64,000 nt of DNA from Eledone cirrhosa. Taxonomy: Eukaryota. Shown here in pieces: positions 1-21,196 of the stretch. The stretch is taken from NCBI GenBank assembly GCA_964016885.1, contig OZ024744.1, positions 114,762,001-114,826,000 of the forward strand, read 5' to 3'. The notes under the pieces are model-generated. The model was given only the letters and a program-made list of their open reading frames with translations. It searched no databases and was not told where the DNA came from. The translations under genes and the position numbers were made by a program. How positions within the stretch are numbered: position 1 is the stretch's first letter; every line of letters begins with the position of its first letter.

Positions 1-138
1 ATATACATATATATATACATATACATATATATATACATATATATATACATATATATATACATATATATATACATATATATATACATATACATATATATAT
101 ACATATATATATACATATATATATACATATATATATAC

Positions 139-191
<53 letters not shown>

Positions 192-272
192 TATATACAT
201 ATATATATATACATATACATATATATATACATATACATATATATATACATATATATATACATATATATATAC

Positions 273-303
<31 letters not shown>

Positions 304-352
304 CATATATATATACATATATATATACATATATATATACATATATATATAC

Positions 353-383
<31 letters not shown>

Positions 384-384
384 C

Positions 385-417
<33 letters not shown>

Positions 418-474
418 CATATATATATACATATATATACATATATATATACATATATATATACATATATATAC

Positions 475-505
<31 letters not shown>

Positions 506-511
506 CATATA
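1..511. repeat. (TA)n/(TATATACA)n compound microsatellite
   Basis: Pure TA/CA low-complexity sequence. Confidence 0.98.
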
Positions 512-966
512 TATGATATTAAATAAATGGAAACTATATTTATAAAACCATATTTATTTCGTTATATATATTTCAGGGATATCATATTAACAATATGTTA
601 TGCCATCTTCAGACAAAATACAATATAAACAGTCTTATAAATAAATAGATATGACATACCTTTCAATCACCTTGCATTTGGGAGGTTGATTTGGTACCAA
701 ATCAACCTCCCAAATGCAAGGTGATTGAAAGGTATGTCATATCTATTTATTTATAAGACTGTTTATATTGTATTTTGTCTGAAGATGGCATAACATATTG
801 TTAATATGATATCCCTGAAATATATATAACGAAATAAATATGGTTTTATAAATATAGTTTCCATTTATTTAATATCATAAATATACTCCAAATACTTGTT
901 GAGTGCTTTTATATCAGTTATAAATATTTACTCGTTGTTAACCCAACAATTTAAATTTAACTTTGC
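512..966 (+). mobile_element. Family A fold-back element (Penelope pLTR-like): 368-bp perfect palindrome 512-879 plus unpaired tail
   Basis: Arms are exact reverse complements around GGTACC (centre 695/696) with no spacer. An ~87-nt tail follows on the right only. Flanked by (TA)n. Confidence 0.8.
771..836 (+). ncRNA. Minimal type I hammerhead ribozyme motif (family A), mirrored on the minus strand in the left arm
   Basis: Stem I tattttgt/acgaaata, CTGAAGA 779-785, imperfect stem II, GAAA 817-820, TATATA loop, UA site at 827-828. Confidence 0.6.
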
Positions 967-974
967 ATATATAC

Positions 975-1043
<69 letters not shown>

Positions 1044-1530
1044 CATATATACATATATACATATATATATATACATATATATATATACATATATATATAT
1101 GCATATATATATATACATATATATATATACATATATATATATACATATATATATATGCATATATATATATACATATATATATATACATATATATATATAC
1201 ATATATATATATACATATATATATATACATATATATATATACATATATATATACATATATATATACATATATATATACATATATATATACATATATATAT
1301 ACATATACATATATATATACATATATACATATACATATATATATACATATATACATATACATATATATATACATATATATATACATATATATATATACAT
1401 ATACATATATATATACATATATATATATACATATACATATACATATATATATACATATATATATACATATATATATACATATATATATACATATATATAT
1501 ACATATATATATATATACATATATATATAC

Positions 1531-1561
<31 letters not shown>

Positions 1562-1574
1562 CATATATATATAC

Positions 1575-1605
<31 letters not shown>

Positions 1606-1630
1606 CATATATATATACATATATATATAC

Positions 1631-1665
<35 letters not shown>

Positions 1666-3912
1666 CATATATATATACATATATATATATATACATATAT
1701 ATTTACATATATATATATATACATATATATATACATATATATATAATACATATTTATATATATTACATATATATATATATATATATACATATAATATATA
1801 TATATATATATACATATATATATAAATATACATATATATATACATATATATAAATCTATAATATATATATATACAACATATATATACATATATATATACA
1901 TATCTATACATATATATATATACATATCTATACATATATATATATACATATCTATCACATATATATATACATATCATATAATATATATAAATATCTATAC
2001 ATATATATATACATATCTATACATAAATATATATACATATCTCACATAATATATATAAACAATATCTACACATATATAATATATACATATCTACACATAA
2101 TAAATAATATACATATCTACACATATATATATATACATATCTACAATATATATATACATCACAAATATATATACATATCTAAACATAATATATATATATA
2201 CATATCTACTACATATACATATATATATACATAATCTAACATATATATATCATATACAAATCAATATAATACATATCTAATACATATAATATATACATAT
2301 CTATACATATAATATATATACATATCTATAATACATATCTATACATATATATATACATATCATATACATATATATATACATATCTATACATATATATATA
2401 TATACATATCTATACATATATATACATATATACTATCTATACATAATATAATATACATATCTATACATATATATATATAATACATATCTATACATATATC
2501 ATATACATATCTATACATATATATATATACATATCTATACATATATATATATATACATATCTATACATATATATATACAATATATATCTATACATATATA
2601 TATATATACATATCTATACATAATATACATATATATATCTATACATATAATATAATATACATATCTATACATATATATATACATATCTATACATAATATA
2701 TATATATACATATCTATACATATATATATAATATACATATCTATACAATATAATATATATATACATATCTATACATATATATATATACATATCTATACAT
2801 ATATATATATACATATCTATACATATATATATATATACATATCTATACATATATATATATATATACATATCTATACATATATAAATATATATACATATCT
2901 ATACATATATATATATATACATATCTATACATATATATATATATACATATCTATACATATATATATATATATACATATCTATACATATATATATATATAC
3001 ATATCTATACATATATATATATATATATACATATCTATACATATATATATATACATATCTATACATATATATATATATATACATATCTATACATATATAT
3101 ATATATACATATCTATACATATAATATATATAACTATATCTATACATATATATAATATATACATATCTATACATATATATATATATATACATATCTATAC
3201 ATATATATATATATAATATCTATACATATATATATATATACATATCTATACATATATATATATATACATATCTATACATATATATATATATATACATATC
3301 TATACATATATATATATATATACATATCTATACATATATATATATATATACATATCTATACATATATATATATATACATATCTATACATATATATATATA
3401 TATACATATCTATACATATATATATATATACATATCTATACATATATATATATATACATATCTATACATATATATATATATACATATCTATACATATATA
3501 TATATACATATCTATACATATATATATACATATCTATACATATATATATATATATACATATCTATACATATATATATATATACATATCTATACATATATA
3601 TATATACATATCTACACATATATATATATTACATATCTATATATATATATATATATACATATCTATACATATATATATATACATATCTATACATATATAT
3701 ATATACATATCTATACATATATATATATACATATCTATACATATATATATATATATACATATCTATACATATATATATATACATATCTATACATATATAT
3801 ATATATATACATATCTATACATATATATATATACATATCTACACATATATATATATATACATATCTATACATATCTATACATACATATCTATACATATAT
3901 ATACATATCTAC
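967..3912. repeat. (TATACA)n grading into (TATCTATACA)n microsatellite
   Basis: Low complexity; 1850-2700 is noisy with many indel-like breaks. Confidence 0.97.
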
Positions 3913-4866
3913 GGCTCTCTGGCAGGCGGACCCGGCTGTCAGTGGAGAATCCACCTCGTCATTCTATAGAGGGCTGGTGGTTAGCAGGTGCGACGACACC
4001 CTCGGAGAAGCCCTAGGCATGGAGGAAGGACGAACTGGCCAACCTGTTCGGTAGGACATTCAGCCCGGGACCTATGGATAACTTCCAGAGGTCCCTGGCC
4101 TGGCAGTGCTACCGAGGGGCTCTGCCCGTTCGAGAAAGGCTCTACAGACACGGGCGCCCGGGTAGGGACCCCTCGAAAAAGGTCTGTCCCAGATGCGTGT
4201 GCGACGAGGAAACCGTTGCATACGCATTGGTACACTGCTCGGGCATTGCTGATCTGTGGGGCTATGTAGAACAACTGCTGTCAAGTGTGGGGACCGATCC
4301 GGTTGACCACCGAGTCTATTGTAACGATCAAGCCGCCTCCCCGTCTTCAAAAACGAAGAAGAGGCGGTGTTTCTATGCGTAATAGCCATGGCGAAAGAGG
4401 TTGTATGGTGGACAGGTCTGAAAGGACTGAGGTCAGACACCTTTCTCTCTGGCCAACAACTGGTCCGTTTCTTCCGATATCATTTCGGAAGAAGGATCAG
4501 GATGGAGAGAGAGGTGCTGCACCCCAGCCGTTTTTATGAAAGATGGGTGAAAGTGGCGAGAATGGCCTGTGTGAATGGGCCTTCACTCTACATCAGACTA
4601 TAGGTGAGGAAGATGAAAGACCAAGGGAGCACCCCTTCTCTGTGTTCCTGAGGAGAAGGGTTGCACACTTTTTTTCGAGGGTGTGTGCGACCCCCCAAGG
4701 CGCCTCCTCTCTATTGAGGATTTTGTTATAAATTTTATCTTGTTATATTTTATTTTATTTTTATATTTTGTTATTGCCTCCTCCTTATTGAGGACCCCTT
4801 CTTATGTAAACTCCCCCCATTGTACTTGTCCCACCTTTTGATGCCCTGGTGGCAAATAAGAAAATT
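3913..4866 (+). mobile_element. 5'-truncated, frameshifted L1/Tx1-clade LINE (ORF2 C-terminus plus 3' UTR)
   Basis: MDNFQRSLAWQCYRGALPVR...CPRC...ETVAYALVHC and ...ERWVKVARMA are homologous to the C-terminus of ORF 52482-55901. Confidence 0.92.
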
Positions 4867-4936
4867 ATCTATACATATATACATATATATATATATATAC
4901 ATATCTATACATATATATATATACGTATACATATGA

Positions 4937-5650
4937 AGGCATATGGCTTAGTGGTTAGAGCATTGGCTTTGCAATCGAAAGGTTGTGAGTTCAATTCTCA
5001 GACTGGGTGATGTGCTGTTTCCTTGAGCAAGACACTTTATTTCACATTGCTCCAGTTTACTCAGCTGTAGAAATGAGTACCGACCTGCCGGCCCAGCCAG
5101 TGGGATGGCGTCATCTTATGGCTAAATCAGCACGGCGTGCTGTAATCAGCGGCGCCGTTTGGCGCTCGACAGACTGGTCGGTCAAGGTGATATACACATA
5201 TATATGTATATATATATATATACATATATACATGTATATATATATATATATACATATATACATGTATATATATATATATACATGACAGCTGAGTAAACTG
5301 GAGCAATGTGAAATAAAGTGTCTTGCTCAAGGAAACAACACATCACCCGGTCAATTCTCAGAACGGGTGATGTGTTGTTTCCTTGAGCAAGACACTTTAT
5401 TTCACATTGCTCCAGTTTACTCAGCTGTAGAAATGAGATGATAGGGACTGAGGTCCCTATCATTCCACTGCAAAGTGGTCGTGTAGGTGCCACGGCAAAA
5501 AAAAAAAAAAAAAAACACCCCAGCACTCACTGTAAATGAGGTTGGTGTTAGGAAGGGCATCCAGCTGTAGAAATCAAGCCAGAATCAGTTCCCGTCCCAC
5601 CCTTGCAAGCAGGGAAAAAGCGGACGTAAAATGGTGATGATGATGATGAT
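4937..5650 (+). mobile_element. tRNA-derived CORE-like SINE, rearranged (head+core, microsatellite, inverted core, core+RTE-type tail)
   Basis: A box TGGCTTAGTGG, B box GAGTTCAATTC, core ccttgagcaagacacttta, tail ggtgttaggaagggcatccagc...(TGA)n. Segment 5286-5350 is an inverted core. Confidence 0.8.
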
Positions 5651-7396
<1,746 letters not shown>

Positions 7397-7849
7397 TATG
7401 ATATTAAATAAATGGAAACTATATTTATAAAACCATATTTATTTCGTTATATATATTTCAGGGATATCATATTAACAATATGTTATGCCATCTTCAGACA
7501 AAATACAATATAAACAGTCTTATAAATAAATAGATATGACATACCTTTCAATCACCTTGCATTTGGGAGGTTGATTTGGTACCAAATCAACCTCCCAAAT
7601 GCAAGGTGATTGAAAGGTATGTCATATCTATTTATTTATAAGACTGTTTATATTGTATTTTGTCTGAAGATGCATAACATATTGTTAATATGATATCCCT
7701 GAAATATATATAACGAAATAAATATGGTTTTATAATATAGTTTCCATTTATTTAATATCATAAATATACTCCAAATACTTGTTGAGTGCTTTTATATCAG
7801 TTATAAATATTTACTCGTTGTTAACCCAACAATTTAAATTTAACTTTGC
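7397..7849 (+). mobile_element. Second copy of the family A fold-back element (palindrome 7397-7762 plus tail)
   Basis: Matches 512-966 except two 1-bp deletions in the right arm; centre GGTACC at 7580/7581. Confidence 0.8.
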
Positions 7850-11020
<3,171 letters not shown>

Positions 11021-13085
11021 ACTTTGAATAACTTTGAAATGTTTTGGCCAGTATTGGCCCAGGCCATGTCTAACTTAATAGCACCACCTGGCGAAGTCTT
11101 TCAATTCAGGATTTGGGCACCATGGCCCATTCGAGAAGAGAATTACTGTTTGCGGAGACATATCCGGGTGTGGGTGGTTTGTCCGGGATTACTTGGAGGA
11201 ATTTGTCCAAAGACTTCTTGAATTTTGTGTGGTCAGTTTCTGTTTTGACGTGTCCTGGTGTGATGTTGAAGAGAGCAGGGCCGATTGAGGTGAAATAATT
11301 GTGCCGTATTGTTGTTATGAGTTGCGATTTAGATTTTTGAATGGGACGGATAGCACGGGGCCCAAGCCTTGGGTGTATCTTGAAGGCGATGCCAACATCA
11401 TTTGGGCAGTGATGATGGAACATTTTCCACATCATGCAGATAATATAACGCTCACGGCGACGTTGGAGTGAGTAAAGTTTCAGGTTTTCCAATCGACCCC
11501 AGTAGTCAAGGTCTGACATGCCATCTATCTTTTTCGTGATTGCCCTTTGAGGAGCTTCAAGTTTCATGATACTTTGTTTCGTGTGGGGAGACCACAGTGG
11601 ACAACAGTATTCAAGGTGTGGTCGGGCGAAAGTAGAGAAGAGAAGGATAATGGTGCGGGAATCTCTCGACTGGAAGGTTCTGAGGATCCAGGAACACATT
11701 CTGCGGGCCATGTCAACTTTGCTGCTTATATGCGTGGTCCAGCTTATGTTGCTGTCCACGGTTACTCCCAAGTCTCTGATGTTGTTAGATGCCACGAGAG
11801 TTTCCCCGGAGGGAAGGGAGTACGGGAGTTTCAGAGCATCCTCTTTTCCAAAGTGGATCAGTTCGAATTTGTCTTCGTTCAGTAGCATGTTGTTCTTTTG
11901 TAACAGCCAGTAGGTCTGACTGAAGGCTTATCCGGTCATCCACGCCATTGATGACCTTTTGGAGCTTGGAATCATCAGCGAAAATTTTAATGTTGCTGTG
12001 TTTGATGATGTCAGTGATGTCATTAATATAGATGATGAAGAGAAGTGGGCCCAACACAGTGCCTTGTGGGACTCCACTACTGACTTTGGCTGGGCTTGAT
12101 TTGACTCCCTCAACTACAACATGTTGGGTTCTGTTTGACAGGAAGCTCTTGATCCACTGCAGCAGCTTTCCAGTGACACCAATATTGGACAGCTTTCTCA
12201 GTAGAATGTTATGATCAACCCTGTCAAAGGCCTTGCTGAAATCAAGGTAGATAACATCAGTGTTGGAACCCTCTCCCAAGGCTCTCAAAATGTCATCAAA
12301 GTGATGCAGTAGTTGCGTCAGGCAATCCCTTCCATTACGGAATCCATGCTGGTTGGAGTTCAGCATATTTTTTGTTACTCTCAAGGAAGTGGGTCATTCG
12401 CGATCTCACCACTCGCTCAAATACCTTAATGATATGAGAGGTGAGTGAGATTGGACGGTAATTCACGGCAAGGGATTTGTTTCCCTTTTTGAAAACTGGG
12501 ACAACAGACTGGGATAGAAGGTTTTCTGGCACATATCCAGCATCCAGTGAGTTCCGCCACAGATTGGCAAGAGGAGAAGCAAGTTGGTGTTGACACGCCT
12601 TCAAGACACAAGCAGGGAACCTATCGGGACCTACTGCTGAATTATGCTTGATTTCCTTTATTGCCGCCAAGACATCAGGGGCGCCAAACGTTATGTCCGA
12701 TAAGGTGTAATGGGGAGTAACATCGCCGATACAGCCCAGATCGGCCATATCAGGATTGCTGAAAACAGAGCAGTATTGTTTCTGCAGTATCTCACCCATG
12801 GTTTTAGCATTGTCTTGAAGAGTGCCATTTTCATCAATTAGAGGGCCAACAGTAGAGCCAGTGATTTTGTGTTTTTTTGCAAATGAAAAGAACACTTTGG
12901 GATTGAGTTTGATCTTCTCAATGGCCCAGGCCTCTTCAGCTCTTCTCTGATTGTTGATGAGGGACATTATGTTGTTTTGGAGGTTATGTTTTTTAATCTC
13001 TAGTGATGAAATGGCAGTCAAGTTGATGTGTTGCTGCTGACAGTATTTCAGCTTGTTGATTTTTTTGTTCGTTCTCTTAATTTTT
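11021..13085 (-). mobile_element. 5'-truncated CR1-clade LINE, RT pseudogene with frameshifts
   Basis: [38 protein letters not shown] and RPHLEYC..WSP, split across three frames; short repeated 3' tail. Confidence 0.92.
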
Positions 13086-15528
<2,443 letters not shown>

Positions 15529-15530
15529 GT

Positions 15531-16163
15531 CCTTTCTACATATTGTATTTTGAAGAGCTCAGGATTCCTTTTCCTTTGAGCATATAATTTACAGGGAGTA
15601 ACGCAAGTCTATGGCTCCGATAATTAATCTTGATATTTTGCCACTTATAACACTATCCTCTCCCTCTGTTTGGTTGAGCACGTTTCTTTGAGTCGTTTTG
15701 GGCTGCCATTTCTAGCAGTTCAGCCCTCAAATACCACTGGTGCACTGTCCTATGCATGCTGTCACATCTCTCTACCACCTGTTGCAGGACGGTTATCTTA
15801 TATATTCTTAGAGTTGTCTGTACTTTACCTAACACACGCCGATGACCCCATAGGTGTTTCCATTTCACTCAATAATTTTTTGGCGAAACAAATCTCTTTG
15901 GATTTGGACGTGTGTGATATATAGTTATAGAGGTGTGTATACACTTTTTAATTATTATGTGCCTACCTTACCTTCCGTAGTTTATAGATTCCATAAACTG
16001 ATGGTTTCCCAGTTTATTGATGGCACACACACACACACACTCTCTCTCTCTCTAGTGTGTTGACCTTTCTACATATTGTATTTTGAAGAGTTCAGGATTC
16101 CTTTTCCTTTGAGCATATAATTTACAGGGAATAACGAGAGTCTATGGCTCCGTTAATTTATCT

Positions 16164-16168
<5 letters not shown>
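15531..16168 (+). mobile_element. Non-coding element bounded by ~105-bp direct repeats (pLTR-like partial tandem)
   Basis: cctttctacatattgta...atcttgatat occurs at 15531-15636 and again at 16064-16168; (TA)n on both sides. Confidence 0.6.
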
Positions 16169-16202
<34 letters not shown>

Positions 16203-16207
<5 letters not shown>

Positions 16208-16752
16208 AGTACAGTGAATTTTTTGAAATTTATTTTCCAACTTTTTCTTATTTGCTAAACCTTGATTATATATGTTCTGGCTCGTTAATTTATTAACCTG
16301 CCATTGAACCACATTGGCATATGGTTGGATAATTCATGTGTGCCTATTCGTTTTTTGCGTGTAGGGATATATACTTTATTATTATTAATCTCCCCCTGGT
16401 CGAGATGAAATCTGGTCGTTTTGACTAGTGCTATATATAGTGGTAGTAGACTGACCTCCCTGCCTCTGCCTTCCATCTTTACACACGGCACTGGACAGAA
16501 TTGCTTCCACATCATTCATTCTCATCTCGGGAACAATTTTGAATAGCGCCAGTTCGTAATTTGAACTCAGGAATTTTATATTCTCCGAGTGAAAAGAACC
16601 TTCTGACGAGAGTTTATCTTTTCAATGGACGCCCTCAAGGACTTTCCATTTATTTTTGAGACTCGAAACCGATTCGGTAACCATAGTAAGAACAGTGAAT
16701 TTTTTAAAATTTATTTTGAAACTTTTTCTTATTTGCTAAACCTTGATTATAT
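16203..16752 (+). mobile_element. Non-coding element with ~67-bp direct repeats and a hammerhead-like core
   Basis: tagtaag...ccttgattata at 16203-16270 and 16685-16751. CTGACGA 16603-16609, stem II GAGTTT/AGACTC, GAAA 16665-16668, stem III CCG/CGG, GUA. Confidence 0.55.
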
Positions 16753-16773
16753 ATATTATATATATATATATAT

Positions 16774-16932
16774 ATAAAATATTAAACAAATAATGAATAA
16801 ACAATTTCTTATATTAAACAAAAAAAGTTCATTATTTAACGATCGTTTCTAGGATATATATGTGTTAGAGTTGGCATGCATATTCAACAGATCTATGCAC
16901 AAAATTATACAAAATTATACAGATTTATCTAC
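16774..16932. mobile_element. Partial family G element (left arm joined to tail end)
   Basis: Similar to about 21197-21352, then agatttatctac. Confidence 0.7.
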
Positions 16933-17024
16933 ATATATATATATATATATATATATAAAGAAAAAAGGTAAAAAAGAAGGAAAGAGAGAAGAGAAAAAGA
17001 ATAGGGAGGGAAAAAAATAAAAAA

Positions 17025-17216
17025 CACAGTCCACGCTATAATGTGGTCTTGTAGGTAACACGGTAAAAAGCTCCCAGTCCACACTGTAAATGTGGTTGGT
17101 GTTAGGAAGGGCATCCAGCCGTAGAAAACCTGCCAGATAGTCCTATATGGGCGAGACAACCAGTCTTGCCTTAATCTAACCCATGCTAGCGTGGAAGATA
17201 GACGTTAAACGATGAT
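17025..17216 (+). mobile_element. RTE/SINE 3' tail fragment
   Basis: cacactgtaaatgtggttggtgttaggaagggcatccagccgtagaaaacc...gacgttaaacgatgat. Confidence 0.8.
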
Positions 17217-17353
17217 ATATATATATATATATAGTAATAATAATAAATGTGAAGACTAAAATCCAAAGAAGATCCTGAGACAGGTGAAAGCAGCGATTCT
17301 TTACTTAAACTTTAATCTGTTATTTTAATAAATATATATATATATATATCAAT

Positions 17354-17634
17354 GATATTAATAAATGGAAACTATATTTATTCTATTATATATATTTCAA
17401 GTGTACCAAAACTTTGGTACACCTTCATCAGATAAAATACAGATCTTGTTTTATAAATATTGACGTATCCAGAAATGAGACCTTTACGGTTCAAGTTTTA
17501 CCTGGATATGTCAATATTTATAAAACAAACTTTGTATTTTATCTGATGAGTGCGTACCAAAGTTTTGGTACCCTTGAAATATATATAATAGAATAAATAT
17601 GGTTTTATGAATATAGTTTCCATTTATTAATATC
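17354..17634. mobile_element. Family A fold-back element with hammerhead motifs on both strands (17379-17439 minus, 17535-17595 plus)
   Basis: Imperfect inverted repeat with a short spacer. Minus strand: CTGATGA, stem II AGGTGTACCAA/TTGGTACACTT, GAAA, stem I tattttat/atagaata. Confidence 0.72.
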
Positions 17635-17723
17635 CTCAACCTTACGTCTCTTTCTCTCTTTCACATAAGACGTAGTGTGACTGTGTGTGTTATATATATT
17701 TATGTCCGCACATACAAAAGACA

Positions 17724-17755
<32 letters not shown>

Positions 17756-17769
17756 ATTTTTTTTTTTTT

Positions 17770-18005
17770 TTCGCTGCTTTCAACATCTTCTGAAACTAAA
17801 AAATTCAATGTGAATGCAGAAGTAAATATTTCGAGAAACATTGCAACCGAAGGAAAACAGGAAGACGATATTTTGGTTCGTGAAGACGTTCACTGGTAAT
17901 GAACGGAAAACAAGCGAGGATAATACTTCATTATGTGGATCAAGAAGAACAATTTTGTGCAAAAACAAGACCAAGTTTATGGTATAAATGGAGTCGTTAG
18001 ACTAA
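17770..18005. repeat. Dispersed repeat, related copies at 17245-17330 (opposite strand) and 27093-27512
   Basis: Shared tcgctgctttca...tcttctgaaacta...gtcg(t)tagactaa. Confidence 0.7.
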
Positions 18006-18070
18006 ACTATTTAAAATAACCGAATGATTTCCAGCCATGGAGTTTAAGAATGATGTAAATAAAATTGTAA

Positions 18071-18648
18071 ACGAAAATAACAGAGGTTATTAAAATAGAA
18101 AAAGTAAATAGTGAAGATTTAGGCCAGTACATACGTATGCGCCGACGGACATACACATACATATACATACGCACACACAAATATATACACACACAAACGC
18201 GCGCGCGTGCGTGCCTGTGTGTGTAAACCTTATGCATTTCTACAGTATTTTCACCAAACGTAAGACATAGGTTACTTATGTATTCCGGATGGTCATGGGC
18301 ACTTTCATTTTTCCAGATATTGATTATAGGGCCCCCCGGCAGATAACCCCTTTAACCGCTTTCTTGGAAGCAGTGCAATGCAACAAAACGTCATCACTTC
18401 TGGAGTTCGCAACCGATAATCACAAAACTTGACACATGGGCTACGTTTATTCTACAGATGAATGTGAACTCTCAGAATTTTCACATATTGAGTAGGGGAC
18501 TCCTGGGGGGCAGGAACCCTCTTTTGGAAAAAGCCAATGATTTTGTAAAAGTATAGTTTTCGAAGCAGCACAGAAGTGTTGACATAAATGGTATACATAA
18601 CTGCTTTTTAATACCCGACCATAACTGCTATTTAATACCTCTGCTAGT
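18071..18648 (-). mobile_element. Non-autonomous Helentron/HINE-like element (second copy 63315-64000 plus)
   Basis: Reverse complement of 63315-64000; ACTAGCAGAGGTA end and internal (CA/GT)n tract. Confidence 0.55.
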
Positions 18649-18710
18649 AAATATATATATTTGTTGAATTACCAACAAATTAAATATCCCTTTGCTTATA
18701 TATATATATA

Positions 18711-19040
18711 TACGATATTAACAAATGGAAACTATATTTATAAAACCATATTTATTTCATTATACATATTTCAAGGACACCAAGTTAAATTATGGTGTGC
18801 TTTCATCAGATAAAATATAATATAGAGCAGTTTTATATTATTATATATTTTATCTGATGAAAGCACACCATAATTTAACTTGGGGTCCTTGAAATATGTA
18901 TTATGAAATAAATATGGTTTTATAAATATAGTTTCCATTTGTTAATATCGTATTTTTACTCCAATTATTTGTTGAGTGCTTTATATCAGTTATAAAAATA
19001 TTTGCTTGTTGTATCCCAACAATTTAAATAGAAATTCTAC
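18711..19040 (+). mobile_element. Family A fold-back element (inverted repeat 18711-18952 plus tail) with hammerheads at 18753-18817 minus and 18846-18910 plus
   Basis: CTGATGA, stem II AAGCACACCA/TGGTGTCCTT, GAAA, TATGTA loop, UA, stem I tattttat/atgaaata. Confidence 0.78.
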
Positions 19041-19127
19041 ATATATATATATATATATGTATGAATGAAGTAATTCCGTCGGAAAAGTCCAGGAAAAAAG
19101 AGTGCTCTATGTAGATAACAGAGCTTA

Positions 19128-19298
19128 ATAGTTATGTAATAAACAACATAAGGCAATTATTCCATTTACCAGTGGTTTCTTAAAAGCAAAAGATTTTGCT
19201 TTCAATCCTCAGAATGAGGATTGAAAGCAAAATCTTTTGCTTTTAAGAAACCACTGGTAAATGGAATAATTGCCTTATGTTGTTTATTACATAACTAT
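19128..19298. mobile_element. Family E perfect hairpin (84-bp arms, 3-nt loop) with minus-strand hammerhead motif 19162-19217
   Basis: Minus strand reads tcatt CTGAGGA TTGAAAGCAAAA-TC-TTTTGCTTTTAA GAAA CCACTGG TA aatgg. Confidence 0.68.
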
Positions 19299-19353
19299 AT
19301 ATATATATATATACGATATTAACAAATGGAAACTATATTTATAAAACCATATT

Positions 19354-19418
<65 letters not shown>

Positions 19419-19658
19419 TAAAAATGTTGTTGAAGTGTGTTTTACTACGTCAATACATCGATATGTCCAGCTCCTGGTTGTGTTGTTATTTCTCTGAGAT
19501 GTTTCCTCGGTCAATTGTAGACTAGTAATAACTTAAGAGATGTCACTGCACATACAAGTGTAGACTAGTAATAACTAAAGAGGTGCCACTGTCACACGTG
19601 TCACACAGAAGAAACAATCTTGCCTCAGGCTCCGATAACAATTTATTACATATTATTT

Positions 19659-19838
19659 GGCAGTACCGGTAGAGGATCGGACACCATGCTTTGACGCATA
19701 GTTACGGCCCTTTCCATTCTGAGTTCAAATCCCGCCGAGGTTAACTTTGCCTTTCATCCTTACGGGGTCGATAAAATAAAGTACCAGTAATGTACTGAAT
19801 AATCGCTGGCCTTGTGCCAAAAGTAGAAACAATTATTA
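19659..19838 (+). mobile_element. tRNA-derived SINE, second family (Meta/MESC-like central domain)
   Basis: B box GAGTTCAAATCC, then gcctttcatccttacggggtcgataaaataaagtacc and tail agtagaaacaattatt. Confidence 0.75.
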
Positions 19839-20674
19839 TCGTTATCGCTTTGTTTCTTTTGGGTATTTTAAACTATTATTTAGTTGTCTAATTGTTATAT
19901 AACTAAAACGAAACATTCTAACCATATGGATTAACTGCCAGGAAGCAGTATTTGAACATGAAAATCTAAACTTGGAAGTATATTTTATCAACACCATTTA
20001 CTAAATAGTGTTGATAAAATATTTTATTCACTGTTGTATAAAAAGAGATATGATGCAATGCTTACAGAACAAAACATGATTATATCGATGTTTATACAAC
20101 AGTGAATAAAATATTTTAGTTAAATAAATATAGTTATAGTGTAAATAAAAGGGAAGAATGTATATAGCAGCGAGAGTTAAATAAAATACGGTGTTTGTGG
20201 TGGTGGTGGTCCGGGGTGAAGTGGCTGCCACACAACAACAAAACAAGTTAATAAACAGATTCAAAATAAAAATATTGTAAACGTAGAAGAAACATTTACA
20301 AAATCGCTGCTGAGTCAGATTAAATAATGCATAAAGGTTTAGAAATAACTTGCAACACGTAGGGGAACAGAGGGAAATAGTATAGGAAAAATAAATGATA
20401 AGAAATGTGTTAAATGATCGAGAATGAAGAAAAACAAAGAAATTGAAAAATATTTTTTTTTAGATCAAACCTTTCTAAGGGGAGTAGAGCGACAATCCAA
20501 GATGTCCACCATCACGTACTCTCCGCACATTTGTCGGTAATTGCTATAAATAACACAGCTTTCTCATTGGTTGATACGGTTGCTTACATAAACACACCAC
20601 TTTACATGTGCTCAGCATTACATACCGATATATATATATCGGATATATATATATATATATGGAAAGTTATATTT

Positions 20675-21157
<483 letters not shown>

Positions 21158-21196
21158 ATATATATATATATATATATCCGATATATATATATATAT

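Noticed and set aside
4937-5008. tRNA gene
   Set aside because: A and B boxes are present but continue into a SINE core; this is a SINE head.
19980-20022. 43-bp AT-rich hairpin as terminator or miRNA
   Set aside because: Too short and AT-rich, with no supporting context.
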